Origin: an uncultured Gemmatimonadales bacterium
GTDB taxonomy: Bacteria > Gemmatimonadota > Gemmatimonadetes > Gemmatimonadales > Gemmatimonadaceae
NCBI GenBank assembly: GCA_963793305.1
Contig: CAWBZV010000003.1
Location: 704,001-768,000, forward strand
Direction of reading: 5' to 3'
Length of the DNA: 64,000 bases
The notes beneath the pieces are model-generated. The model made no database searches and was not told the DNA's origin. It was given only the letters and a program-made list of their open reading frames with translations. Position 1 is the first letter of the stretch, and each line of letters opens with the position of its first letter. This document shows positions 40,950 to 51,097 of the stretch, piece by piece. The position numbers were made by a program, and so were the translations under genes.

Positions 40950-42328
40950 CACACACGTACGATTTGGAGCCGCGCATCAACGGCGAAGTCCGTCTTGGCA
41001 GCTTGCGTGGTGACAACCTCATCTACGCAGGGCGATTGGCCGAGCGGAACAACAATTCAAAGATCATTCTCGACGCGTCCGACAATTTCATCGTTCTGGA
41101 AGTCGGAAAAAGAGGATCGGGGAAATCCTACGGCATGGCGTCGATGCTCGAGGCGTTCGCCACAAACGGTGAATCACTTATCGGGACGCATCGCGCCCCG
41201 CGTGGCGTATTGCTGCTGGACCCCCTCGATATCCATTGGACGGCGATCGAACCATTGTGTGCCAATGGACCGGAAGGATTGGTGCGGCAGCACGGCATCT
41301 TGCGCAAATGGAGTGATTTGGCCGTCGAGCCGATCAATGTTCAAGTTTTCGTTCCGGCGGGGTTCGCTCGCGACATGGACCCGCCGGCGTTTCGGTCCTA
41401 CGAGCTGCCGGTCGCGGCGCTCGACGCTGCCGATTGGGCGCACCTTTTGAGTTGTGACTTGGTGAACGAGCCGAGAGGCCAGCTCATCGATGAGGTACAT
41501 CGAAAGGTCACCGAGCTCGGTTGGCGAAACGGTGTCCAATGGATGCCGGCGAAACCAGACTACACGATCGACGACCTCATCGAGTGTGCCGAGAACGATG
41601 CCGATGTTCAACGCTTGTACCAGGCGGGAACCGTGCGCAGCATCGTGCAACCGCTACGTGCGTACGTTCGGATGCCGTTATTCGGGTCAACATTGGGAAC
41701 TCCGCTGACTACACTGGTTCAGCCGGGTGTGCTTTCGATCATGTCCCTGGGGCGAGTTCCGGCAGCACTCCGAACGGTTTTGACGACGGTCCTCGTGAGG
41801 AAGCTGCGTGCCGACCGGATGCAGGCGAGCCAGATTCAGCGGCGTCTCACCCTGTTCCGGACCGACAATGCCACCCGAGCCGAGCTCGAAGCGGAATTGC
41901 TTCGTCACGTCCCGCGTCTGGTGCTGGCCATAGATGAGGCGCAGATCCTGATGCCCGCGCGTGGATCCGGCGCGGCTCGGAAGGAGCTCGATGCATTCGT
42001 GCTCGAGGGTCGAAACTATGGCCTGTCCCTCTGGATGGCCACGCAACGTCCCAAGGGTGCGATCTCTGGTGCCGCGGTGAGTCAAATCGACATGTTCATC
42101 GTCCACCGCCTCAGCGTGCGCGAGGATATCGATGCGGTTTGCGGGATGTTGCAGAATGCCGAGCCGGAAAAAGTCAAATTCAACGGGCGACAGATCGGCC
42201 TGCACGACCTGATTCGTTCTCTCGATATCGGCCAAGCCGTTTTCTCGAGCGCCGTTAACAGTGCGCCTCGTTTGGTGATCGGCAACATTCGGCCCCGAAT
42301 GGTCGCTCACGGAGGAGAGGCGTTCTAA
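40946..42328 (+). CDS. HerA/FtsK-like ATPase
   Basis: GKRGSGKSY, LLLDP, AIDEAQ, EGRNYG, ATQRP; ATGA overlap. Confidence 0.88.
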   Translation: MTHTYDLEPRINGEVRLGSLRGDNLIYAGRLAERNNNSKIILDASDNFIVLEVGKRGSGKSYGMASMLEAFATNGESLIGTHRAPRGVLLLDPLDIHWTAIEPLCANGPEGLVRQHGILRKWSDLAVEPINVQVFVPAGFARDMDPPAFRSYELPVAALDAADWAHLLSCDLVNEPRGQLIDEVHRKVTELGWRNGVQWMPAKPDYTIDDLIECAENDADVQRLYQAGTVRSIVQPLRAYVRMPLFGSTLGTPLTTLVQPGVLSIMSLGRVPAALRTVLTTVLVRKLRADRMQASQIQRRLTLFRTDNATRAELEAELLRHVPRLVLAIDEAQILMPARGSGAARKELDAFVLEGRNYGLSLWMATQRPKGAISGAAVSQIDMFIVHRLSVREDIDAVCGMLQNAEPEKVKFNGRQIGLHDLIRSLDIGQAVFSSAVNSAPRLVIGNIRPRMVAHGGEAF

Positions 42329-43674
42329 TGTCGTCGTTGCGCTGGTCGAAACTCCAAGATTTCTGTCTTCGACTCGGTCTCTTGAAGACGCTTGTCGCCG
42401 TGCTGCCGGAGCAGAGGCGACCCATGAATCGCGATGAGGTCATCCTTCGACTTCGGAAGGCGCTGTACGGCCACTCGGCCGTCGCCGCCAATCGGGGAGC
42501 GCGAGAACACAACCCTTCGGCATCGAGTGAAAGTCTCGCCGACCGTTTGCTGCGCTCGTCGGCATCGGCATCGTGGGGTCAGCCCATTCACGCACGGACC
42601 GTCTATAAGATCGTCGAATGGGGGCTCACGGTCGGTCTCGTCGTGCAAGGCAACAGAATCAGTGAGCGTGGCTTGCTTCTGCGGTCACTGTTGAACCGCG
42701 AGCGCGTGGCCGACTTTCTGCGTGGCGATACGGCGATTTGGAATCCCTTTACCATCGAGCCGATCGAGCGAGGCCTGTTGTTGTATCATCTCAGTGAAGT
42801 GGATGAGCTTCTTTTTCAGTTGGCTATCGACCTCGGTCGGAGTGGATCGGGCGCGGTCTTTGCGGCGGCCGATGCCCACGCGTTGACGGCCAATGCGTTG
42901 CGGAAAGTACTCGAGAGGGCGGGCGCATCTCTGCCCTTGGAGGAGCGAGCGACGTTCAGTACCGTTCGGGAACTCTCCGCGATCATCGACTGGGAAGTCG
43001 CGCAGAATCCCAAGTTGACCAAACCTCGCAGTCGCTTCGCGAAGCCGGTGATGCGGCGGTCCTCCGCCAGGGCCGGTGTCTCGTCTCGGGTCACGACGAA
43101 GAACGCGGATCATCAAGCGATTCCTCGGTTCGAGCAGCTCGTGGATCTGGGTATCCTCACGAAACCCGTATCGCCGGAACTCGACGAGAAGGAGACGGAG
43201 CGGGTGCGCAAAGGTTGGACATTCGAGGTTACCGCGAATGCCGCGCGTCTCGCCGAGGCGTTCGGCCATGACGATCGCTTCCGCGACCCGAGCTGGCGGA
43301 CAACAGCCTTTGCGGCGGTAGTCGGCGCGTCGGGTGTCGCGGGGCCAGCGGCGATGCGCCAGGCCGGGGAGGAGGAAGCGATGAATCTATTCTTCGACGC
43401 ATTCGACTCGATACGCCGCCCCGTCGGCCATACACCGTTCGCCTCAGCAGCCATCCTCACGATGGCACGCGGTCTACAAGCCGGTCTCATCGTAGAGATT
43501 CAGCAACTCCTCGACGTGTTCCTCCGTCTCAAGCGCGAGGGAGGGCTTGGTGGCAAGGTATTCTTCGCGGCTGGTAACGACGTCGAGCGCATGTACCTCA
43601 TCGTCAGACCCGAGGCCCGGGCCAGCTATCAGCAGCGAGGCGAGACGGGCGAAAAAGAGCGGGGGCACGTATGA
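42328..43674 (+). CDS. Hypothetical protein, translationally coupled within the operon
   Basis: 448-aa ORF; TAATG overlap upstream and ATGA overlap downstream. Confidence 0.75.
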   Translation: MSSLRWSKLQDFCLRLGLLKTLVAVLPEQRRPMNRDEVILRLRKALYGHSAVAANRGAREHNPSASSESLADRLLRSSASASWGQPIHARTVYKIVEWGLTVGLVVQGNRISERGLLLRSLLNRERVADFLRGDTAIWNPFTIEPIERGLLLYHLSEVDELLFQLAIDLGRSGSGAVFAAADAHALTANALRKVLERAGASLPLEERATFSTVRELSAIIDWEVAQNPKLTKPRSRFAKPVMRRSSARAGVSSRVTTKNADHQAIPRFEQLVDLGILTKPVSPELDEKETERVRKGWTFEVTANAARLAEAFGHDDRFRDPSWRTTAFAAVVGASGVAGPAAMRQAGEEEAMNLFFDAFDSIRRPVGHTPFASAAILTMARGLQAGLIVEIQQLLDVFLRLKREGGLGGKVFFAAGNDVERMYLIVRPEARASYQQRGETGEKERGHV

Positions 43675-44547
43675 AGCACTGGCTGGGGGAGGCACAGTTC
43701 TACGCTACCTATTACTACGCCAACTGTCCGCAACATTATCTGCGACCAGTTCGGTCATCTTCGCACCCTCGATGAGTTCCACGACGATCGGGTGGTCGGC
43801 TTCACCAAGCCATTCGAGCGTCGGTCGGCTTTTCACTCTTTTATTAGGTTCGTCATCGAGAACATCATCGTTGAGGAATCGGGAAACGTAGATTTGGAAA
43901 TTCGCCAACGCCAGTTCGAAGATTTCAAGAACATTCCCGAGGCCCTCGAGGACCTGGAGCCGACACTCTTACCGATCGAAGCCGAGTTGCGTGCAAATAA
44001 TATCGGGCACGACACTTTCGTGAACTGGCTCGCGGACCAGGGGAAGACGTTCGCCGCCGCGACAGATGATGACGTTTATGAGTACTTCCAGGATCTGCGA
44101 ATATCGGAAGAGTTCGACACGTTGTTGGAGCGATCCGTGGACGAGGTGTTTACGTTGATGTTCCACGACCGCCAGTGCCTGTTGATTTTCAATGAGATCA
44201 TCGCCCGTTGGATCGGAGATCTCGAAGTCGATGACCTGCAGGGCGATGAGCGTGCGCGGTTCGACCAACCCGGCGTGCTGAAGCGGGTAGCCGTCCCGCG
44301 ATGGGCGCGCAACGCGGTCGAGCATCGTGATCGCGGTCTCTGCACCCTCTGTCATCGTGATCTGACGGGGCAAATCAACATCGGAAACACCGCCCACTTG
44401 GATCACATCGTACCGCTCGCGCAGGGGGGTCTGAACGACATCACGAATCTCCAACTCTTGTGCGATGAATGCAATTTGAAGAAGCGAGGAGGTGAGGCGA
44501 TAACGTCATCTCACTACGAGAAGTGGTATCCACCCGATGACGATTGA
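43671..44547 (+). CDS. HNH endonuclease with N-terminal acidic domain; frameshift near 43725
   Basis: ATG 43671 (MKHWLGEAQFY) joins ORF 43792-44547; RDRGLCTLC...HLDHIVPLAQGG.NDITNLQLLCDECN. Confidence 0.85.
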
Positions 44548-44683
44548 TGGTTAACGGTTCACGACCCGTCCCTCCTCGATCTTGTGATCGATGCCGTTCG
44601 ACATCAGCTTCGCGCTGGTGCATTCCTGGCGCGGCAGCGGTGTCCTCGCATCATTCAGTGGCGAGGAATTGCCTCGACTCGAG

Positions 44684-45385
44684 TCACGCACACCTCGTCC
44701 TCACGCCCGCGGGCGTGAGCAGGTGCACCGCAATGACGACGGCGTCCGGCGATTGCTGCGTCCCTGCCGAAGTCAGCGTCAGATGCGACGGATCGACGCA
44801 CGTGAGCCCGGGCAGTCGTGGCGGTGGAAGGCTCGGGTCCGCGGTCGCCGCAGCGAGATGTTGCACCAGGTCGATCTTCACTTTCTGATCGACGTACTGC
44901 GCGATCTGATCGTGCGTGACGGCCAAGAACCCGTTGAACACCGCGTCACCGCCGCCGGAGGCGACCTCGGTCTGCGTCATGCGAATGGCGTTTTCTCGCA
45001 CCGTCGGGATGGACGATAGATCCAACGTCCCTTGCACGCTCGGCGCAAAGAACTGGCTCATCGGATACGTCCCCTGGATGTGCACGGACAAGACGAGCCG
45101 CGAGCCGTCGGTCTTGATCGCCGGCCGACTAAGCGCGATGTCGTGCCCCCAACTGTCGCATTTCGATGCTTCGACGCGGCACGGGTAGAACCGTCCACCA
45201 GTGTCGGTAAAGACGACCTGATTGAGCATGGCCATCATTTCGTCGGCGCGGACCATGACGGTATAGGTCGTATCCCGCGCGCCCTCGGCACTCGCCCGCC
45301 GCGTCCCTTGGCCTCGCGCCGCTAAGGCGCCGATGACAAGGAGGGCAGGGGCGATACGGATCAGTCTGGTTCGAAATTCGGGCAT
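44684..45385 (-). CDS. Hypothetical exported protein
   Basis: GAGG RBS, signal-like N-terminus, host-like codon use. Confidence 0.6.
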   Translation of the reverse strand: MPEFRTRLIRIAPALLVIGALAARGQGTRRASAEGARDTTYTVMVRADEMMAMLNQVVFTDTGGRFYPCRVEASKCDSWGHDIALSRPAIKTDGSRLVLSVHIQGTYPMSQFFAPSVQGTLDLSSIPTVRENAIRMTQTEVASGGGDAVFNGFLAVTHDQIAQYVDQKVKIDLVQHLAAATADPSLPPPRLPGLTCVDPSHLTLTSAGTQQSPDAVVIAVHLLTPAGVRTRCA

Positions 45386-45583
45386 GTCGGTACTACACAC
45401 CTCGCGGCGTTAGGCTCCCGGTCACGCTTCGAATCTATCCGACCGCCGCGCTATCGTCTCCTCCGAATAGGGTCAACTAACGGCAATCGGGACGCGATGA
45501 AATGCCAGGGTCGCATCAGTCGCAGCCGGCGCTTTCTTCCCCGTCAACAGATCGGCGCGATGAGCACCAGACGCCGCGGTGTC

Positions 45584-47002
45584 TTACTCGATCGCCGCCA
45601 GCGACCTCGCGAGCATCGACGGGTCGTGAGACCAGTACACGCGCAACAGTGGTACGATTTGCGTCTCGATGATCGATGCGTACCACGCGTCATCGAGCGT
45701 CTCATCATCGGCGCCGGGAGTGAAGTATCCGTGCCCGATGGCGAACCCCCGGCCAAGCTCGGACGATGCGGCGATGATCGCATTGAGATTCGTCATGCCC
45801 CTCACGATGCGCTCGACGAGCGCCGGAGCGGCGCCGCGACTTTCGAGATACGCCGCGAATCGCTCGTTCCCGAACGCCGGTGCCAACTCGAAGAACGCGA
45901 ACCGCCGGCGCAGCGCATAATCCACGGTCGCGCGCGCGCGGTCCGCGGTGTTCATGAGGCCGATCACGAACACGTTCGGAGGGACGAAGAAGGTCCGACC
46001 CGCGCTTTCAAAGTCGGGATGCGCCAACTGCACGGCGTAGCTCGCGTCACGCTTGTCCGCGTCGATCAGCATCACGAGCTCGCCGAATATCTCGATCGGG
46101 TTGCCCCGGTTGATCTCATCGATGATGAAGGCGTAGCGGTGGCCCTGATCGTACCTCGCCTCCAGGCAGAACCTCACGAACACGCCGTCGATGTGGCCTT
46201 TGAGGCCCAGTCGCGAGCCCCGCACAAACTCTTCGTACGAATATGAGGGGTGGAACTGAACCATCTCGACCCGATGTGCAACGCTCCCGCCCACGATGGC
46301 CTGAGCGAGTCGCCGAGCTGAGAGGGTCTTCCCGACACCGGGTGGCCCTTCCAGCACGATGTTCTTCTTCCGCAGCAACGTGTCGTGCGTCCGCATGAAG
46401 TGTTCGGGTGTCCAGAAAAGATCTGCCATGGCTTGCTCGACAGTATACGTCGACGGCGAGCCTTGCACGCCGGGAAGCAACTTGTCCGCCGCCTGTAGGT
46501 CCGAGTCCTGATCGCCTTGGGATTGGTCGACCTCCCGATCCAACTGGATGGTGCGAGAGAAGTACGCGTAGTGCGGTTCGAACCGCTCGCTGAGCTGGCC
46601 CGACTCGACCAGCGCTCTCAGTGTCCACTCAGGGCTCGAGCCTTCCGCGTTGCGTGCGTAGATGAGAACCGCATGCGTCGGTGGCTCTCCCTCGCCCAGT
46701 ACGTTGGCGACCTTCCCCCTTGCACGGCGAACCTCGGCCTCCGCCCGATCGAGCGTCGGCGTGTTGAGTATCAGGACCCTGATCGGCGTCCGGTGTCGCC
46801 ACTCCTCCAGGCGGTTGTCGAGCGTCCTCCCGACGTCGGTCACCGAGACGGTCGATACGTGGGCAGGGTCAACGTCAATGACCTTAGCGAGCGCCTTCTC
46901 GAACGCGGAGAATTTTCCTTTCGTGTATTTCTGACCCGGCGCGACTGCTTCGTTTATGAGTCGCGAGAGGCGATCGGGGACCGGCTGCTTCGGTGTCGTC
47001 AT
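45584..47002 (-). CDS. mcrB: McrB-like AAA+ GTPase
   Basis: GPPGVGKT, VQFHPSYSYEEF, IIDEINRGN, MNTADR, ALRRRF, IGHGYF. Confidence 0.9.
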   Translation of the reverse strand: MTTPKQPVPDRLSRLINEAVAPGQKYTKGKFSAFEKALAKVIDVDPAHVSTVSVTDVGRTLDNRLEEWRHRTPIRVLILNTPTLDRAEAEVRRARGKVANVLGEGEPPTHAVLIYARNAEGSSPEWTLRALVESGQLSERFEPHYAYFSRTIQLDREVDQSQGDQDSDLQAADKLLPGVQGSPSTYTVEQAMADLFWTPEHFMRTHDTLLRKKNIVLEGPPGVGKTLSARRLAQAIVGGSVAHRVEMVQFHPSYSYEEFVRGSRLGLKGHIDGVFVRFCLEARYDQGHRYAFIIDEINRGNPIEIFGELVMLIDADKRDASYAVQLAHPDFESAGRTFFVPPNVFVIGLMNTADRARATVDYALRRRFAFFELAPAFGNERFAAYLESRGAAPALVERIVRGMTNLNAIIAASSELGRGFAIGHGYFTPGADDETLDDAWYASIIETQIVPLLRVYWSHDPSMLARSLAAIE

Positions 47003-47544
47003 GCCCGCATGTTATCGAGCACCCGAGCGCAGACCCTCATCGTTTTGTAGCGTCCCGCATCGCCCAATACGTAGGTGGGCCGTCTCGTGCGACTCTATAC
47101 ATGCTGCGAAATCAGACCCATTCGCAACGTGAATGAAGACGCACGTAGGGAATAAACGGCTGGCTCAGTCTTATCTAAGCCTGCCGCGGCGGTCTCACCA
47201 ACAGCACACTCGTGGGAGGTGTGCGATGATAGATGGACCGGATGGACGGGTTCCCCGGCGCAAGAGAAGCCCAGACTCGATCTGGGAGCGCTACCTAACG
47301 GGCAAGCTCTCGCTCGAGGACAAAGAAACCCTCCCGGCGCTGATCAAAGAGCTCCATCGGGAGATCGCGCAACACCTTGGCCACAAGGTGGATGCGGACG
47401 ATCCGGCAGACGTTCGAGCCGATGGACATTGACGTGCCGCCGGCGCCGCCGCCGCTCAAGAAGCCGACTCCTATAGTAGACCTCAACGTGCGCCGGAATC
47501 ACATCGCGAGACGTCGCCGGATCGACCCGCGGCAGAACTAGCGA

Positions 47545-48171
47545 TCAGTCGTCTCGACGCAGCTCGCCCAGTTCCTGTCTCAATGACTTGAGCGCCAGCC
47601 GGAGGTGCGTGTGGACCGTCCCGACTTCCACTTCCAGCAATTCAGCGATCGCTCGCTCCGGGAGCTCGCATTTGTAACGGAGTATCAGCGCCCGTCGACG
47701 ACGCTCGGGCAGAGCGGCGACGGCGAGCTCGACGGTTGCGAGCAGCTCCGTCTCGCGTTCCGACGCTCCCGCTATCGGATCTGGCTCGACCCCGGGACTC
47801 GCCGCCGGCGCTCCAGTCTGTTCCGCCGTCGTATGCGCGCGAGTGCGCGTCGCTCGCTGGCGGAGGATGTCATACGCGCGATGGCGAACAGCGGAGTAGA
47901 GGTAGAGCGAGGAGCTCGAGGTGATGTCGAGGGTCTCTCGATGACACCACAAAGTTGTGAACACGCTTTGCACAACGTCCTCGGCGTCTTCCCGACTATC
48001 GACCACAACCGAGGCGTAGTTGACGAGCGCGACGTAGAAGGCGGTGAAGATCGCCTTGAACCCGACGTTATCGCTTCGCCGGAGAACACCAGCGATATCC
48101 TCGACATCCACCGGCGGCGCTGGTGGACGACGCGGACTCCGCGGGAATAAGCGATACGGATCCGATCGCAC
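47545..48171 (-). CDS. ECF RNA polymerase sigma factor
   Basis: GGGGAG RBS then GTG; DAEDVVQSVF (region 2); LPERRR...IAELLEVEVGTVHTHL (region 4). Confidence 0.85.
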   Translation of the reverse strand: MRSDPYRLFPRSPRRPPAPPVDVEDIAGVLRRSDNVGFKAIFTAFYVALVNYASVVVDSREDAEDVVQSVFTTLWCHRETLDITSSSSLYLYSAVRHRAYDILRQRATRTRAHTTAEQTGAPAASPGVEPDPIAGASERETELLATVELAVAALPERRRRALILRYKCELPERAIAELLEVEVGTVHTHLRLALKSLRQELGELRRDD

Positions 48172-48495
48172 GGGATACTCCCCGCTATCGGGAGACAAAA
48201 CGTCTATTGTGCAGCCAGCGGCGAAACTCGCTGGCGAAGGACGCGACAGTCTGGAAGCCATCGTGACGGCTCACCAGTGTATGCGTGACCGTTACGCGAT
48301 ACAAACGGTTCACGAAGAACAGAGAAAATGCACAGATGTGTTTCAGGGCGCAAGTAGCAGATCGGCCGTGTGCGTAAGCAGTGCAACACGCCGCTCGCTG
48401 TGTCACGGCGTTCACCCGACGTCCCGCCTTCTACGTCTTATTGGGCATCCGAGAAGACCCACGAGCACTCACGTCGTCCAGCCAATGGTACCGCC

Positions 48496-49273
48496 ATGAT
48501 CACCGGTATCTCCGATCTCGTCGGCTCGAGAATCCTCTGTATCGATCCAGACAAAGAGACCCGCAAGTTCGTCTGCGAGCAGCTCGGCAAGCTCGGGCTG
48601 TCAGTGCGACTCGCCGAGGATGGCCTTGAAGGCTTGCGGGCAGCGCTGTCGCTGCCGCGGCCGGACCTCATCATCATGGAGTTCGGGCTCCCGAGCTTAT
48701 CCGGGATCGAGGTCATCCAACGCCTGCGCACGCGCGGGAATTGGGTGCGGATCATCCTCATGACCGACAAACCCGAGAATGACGATGCGCATCTCCTCGC
48801 GATCGACAATGCCGTCATCGACATCATGGGGAAGCCGTTCACGGACGACTCTCTCCGCGTGCGCACCATCGCGGCGCTGAGGCGTGCGGCAGTCAAGAAA
48901 TCCGTGTTCCGGTACGCCGACCTGTCGCTCGATCTCGCGACCCGGTACTGCGTGCGGGGGACGCGGCCCATGCAGCTCACGCCGTCGGAGACTGAGCTCC
49001 TCCACTACTTCATCGAGAGGCCGGAGGTGCCGCTGTCGTCGGAGCGGCTCCGCGAGGAGGTGTGGGGAGAGGAGCGCCAGTCATCGAGCGAGCATGCGCT
49101 GCTTCCGCGCATCTCCGAGACTCCGGCAGAAGCTCCACGGGCCGGGGGAGTCGGTCATCCTGCATACGGTGCCGAGTATGGGGTACATGCTGGCGATACC
49201 GTGTGCTGATGATCCGACGCTCGCAGGGCTGGGCGATTTGCCTTGGCCGGGGTCGTTTGATCAGTTCACTTGA
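48496..49273 (+). CDS. OmpR-family response regulator with atypical receiver; frameshift near 49100
   Basis: PDLIIMEFGLP, KPF, LTPSETELL, RLRQKL...LHTVPSMGY. Confidence 0.8.
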
Positions 49274-49797
49274 TCCCAGGCGAACAGATCGCCCTGTTGA
49301 CCGAGTGGTGCCCACGCCATCGCTTCGGCGTTGGCGGCGCGGCCGGATTCAATACCGACGATGTTGTGGTGCTCGACGATAAAAACCTTCCCTTGCCGCA
49401 CGAGGGTTCGAGCAGGTGGTCGTGGGGTCGCGGATTACCCAGCGAATCAGCGTCGATACGACCGATGCGGCGCGTACGCGCCTTGCTCTTTTTGCGTGGG
49501 CTGGGTCACGCCACAAATGTACTCGATCGCTCATCAGGCGACACGTCGGCTGTGACGGACGGCAAACGGGCCGTCGGGGGGATTACGAGCGTCACATCGG
49601 CAAGAGCAAGCCAGCATTTCGTATGCATTGCAACAGGTGCTTGCAAGGTCGAGAGTACTCACAAGGGTGCCAGTACGCGCGAGATAGTGCCCGATTCAGC
49701 GATCTGCGGTCAATACTCGATCACGCCATACTCAGGAGATTGGCGCTCTTCGACTAGGGGATGTAGCGCTTCACACTCACCCTACTCGGAGGTATCG

Positions 49798-49932
49798 ATG
49801 TTCTCTCGCGCGAAGGCCCTCGCCGTGATCGCTCTCGCCGGGGCCATTCTCGAATCCTGTACGTCCGCGAACGCGCCGGCAACTCACGGTGACTGCGGCG
49901 GTGGCGTAACCACGGGCACTGGTCCCTGCTGA
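49798..49932 (+). CDS. 44-aa lipopeptide
   Basis: GGAGG RBS; MFSRAKALAVIALAGAILESCTSANAPATHGDCGGGVTTGTGPC. Confidence 0.65.
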   Translation: MFSRAKALAVIALAGAILESCTSANAPATHGDCGGGVTTGTGPC

Positions 49933-49974
49933 GCGACTGCAAGCCAGCGGCGGTAGAGGCTCCAGCCACAACGG

Positions 49975-50360
49975 TCGCGAGTACCCAGCACGATGAACGC
50001 CTGGCGCACGCCCCGCAGCATCGTCGCGCGAGCGAAGTCGACCTGCGCCCGGTGACCCGGCGGCGTCTCGATCCGCACGATGGGATCCGCGACCGCGGCC
50101 GCCGGAGGAGCGCGACGAGGGGCGCAGCTGACTCACGCTGCCGGTATAGCCCGCCGCACGGATCTCAGCCAGGATGCGCCGTGGTGAGCTCCGGGTACTC
50201 CCCAAGCCGCATCGTAATCAGTGGCACGAACAGGTCGAGCTTCGCTGGCTGCCGCGGCCGCCGCGTGTAGCGTACATCACGCATAGAGATCCCGGTCCAA
50301 CTCCCCGGCCGCATCCATCGCAGTAGAGTGCGGCGCATCAGCCGGGCCGTGTGGCGATCG
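49975..50360 (-). mobile_element. istA: Decayed IS21-family IstA transposase fragment
   Basis: Frame-broken RRTLLRW, RRPRQPAKLDLF..RLGEYPEL, EIRAAGYTGSVSQLR and RIETPPGHRAQVDFA. Confidence 0.8.
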
Positions 50361-51097
50361 CTCGCTTCGACAACCTTGGTCCAACAGTCTCTGAGTCGCA
50401 CGTGTCGCCCCCAAGCGTACACCGGCGTCTCTCAGCATGCGGGGGACTCAACATGGGTAGGGCGCCGGCCGGCCACGAGAGGGAACATCTGCCGGAGATG
50501 CCTCGTCATGACCAAATGTTACGAGGCGACATCAGCGGCCCGTGAGAGTGCGACATACAACCGATGCCAACACCTAGTTCCGACATTGATCGCAATCAGC
50601 AATTGTTCCCGCCCAGCTGTCCTGAATGTGATAGTGAGCAAAGCCGCAGCGCTCCGATCCTCAACGGATGTACCAGGATTTGTACTGCGGAGAGCGTCAA
50701 TCGCCACTGCGACTTTCTACTTCTAATGCATGCCCGGGAAGGAAGACCCTGCCTTCCTGCCTTGGTCGTTTCGGGAATGTGATCCTTGGGTAGCTCGGTC
50801 CATTGGGGTTACGTCGCCGCGAAAAACGATGGCTAAGATGTGACGACAATGCAATGTAGGGACGGTGGACCTATCGCTGACCCTGATTTGGTGGCGCATA
50901 GCTGACGCGGTTTGCCTGGCGCTTACAGACGCTTCGTGCGGAATAGCATGGAGCGTCCGCGGGCGGTTTGAATCGCCGGCTGGTTAGCCCGCCTTTCGAA
51001 TGGCAGATCTGAGTGAGATGCATCTTCTTCCCTCAGTGCTGAAGCACAGTTAGCCAGACAGCTCCACACGCGCGCTCCGCCTGTTGTGTAGCATGCT

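Noticed and set aside
5453..49273. Frameshifts as programmed frameshifting, phase variation or mass pseudogenisation
   Set aside because: Single indels are scattered over many unrelated genes with intact motifs and no in-frame stops, which fits long-read error better. Read-level polishing is needed to confirm.
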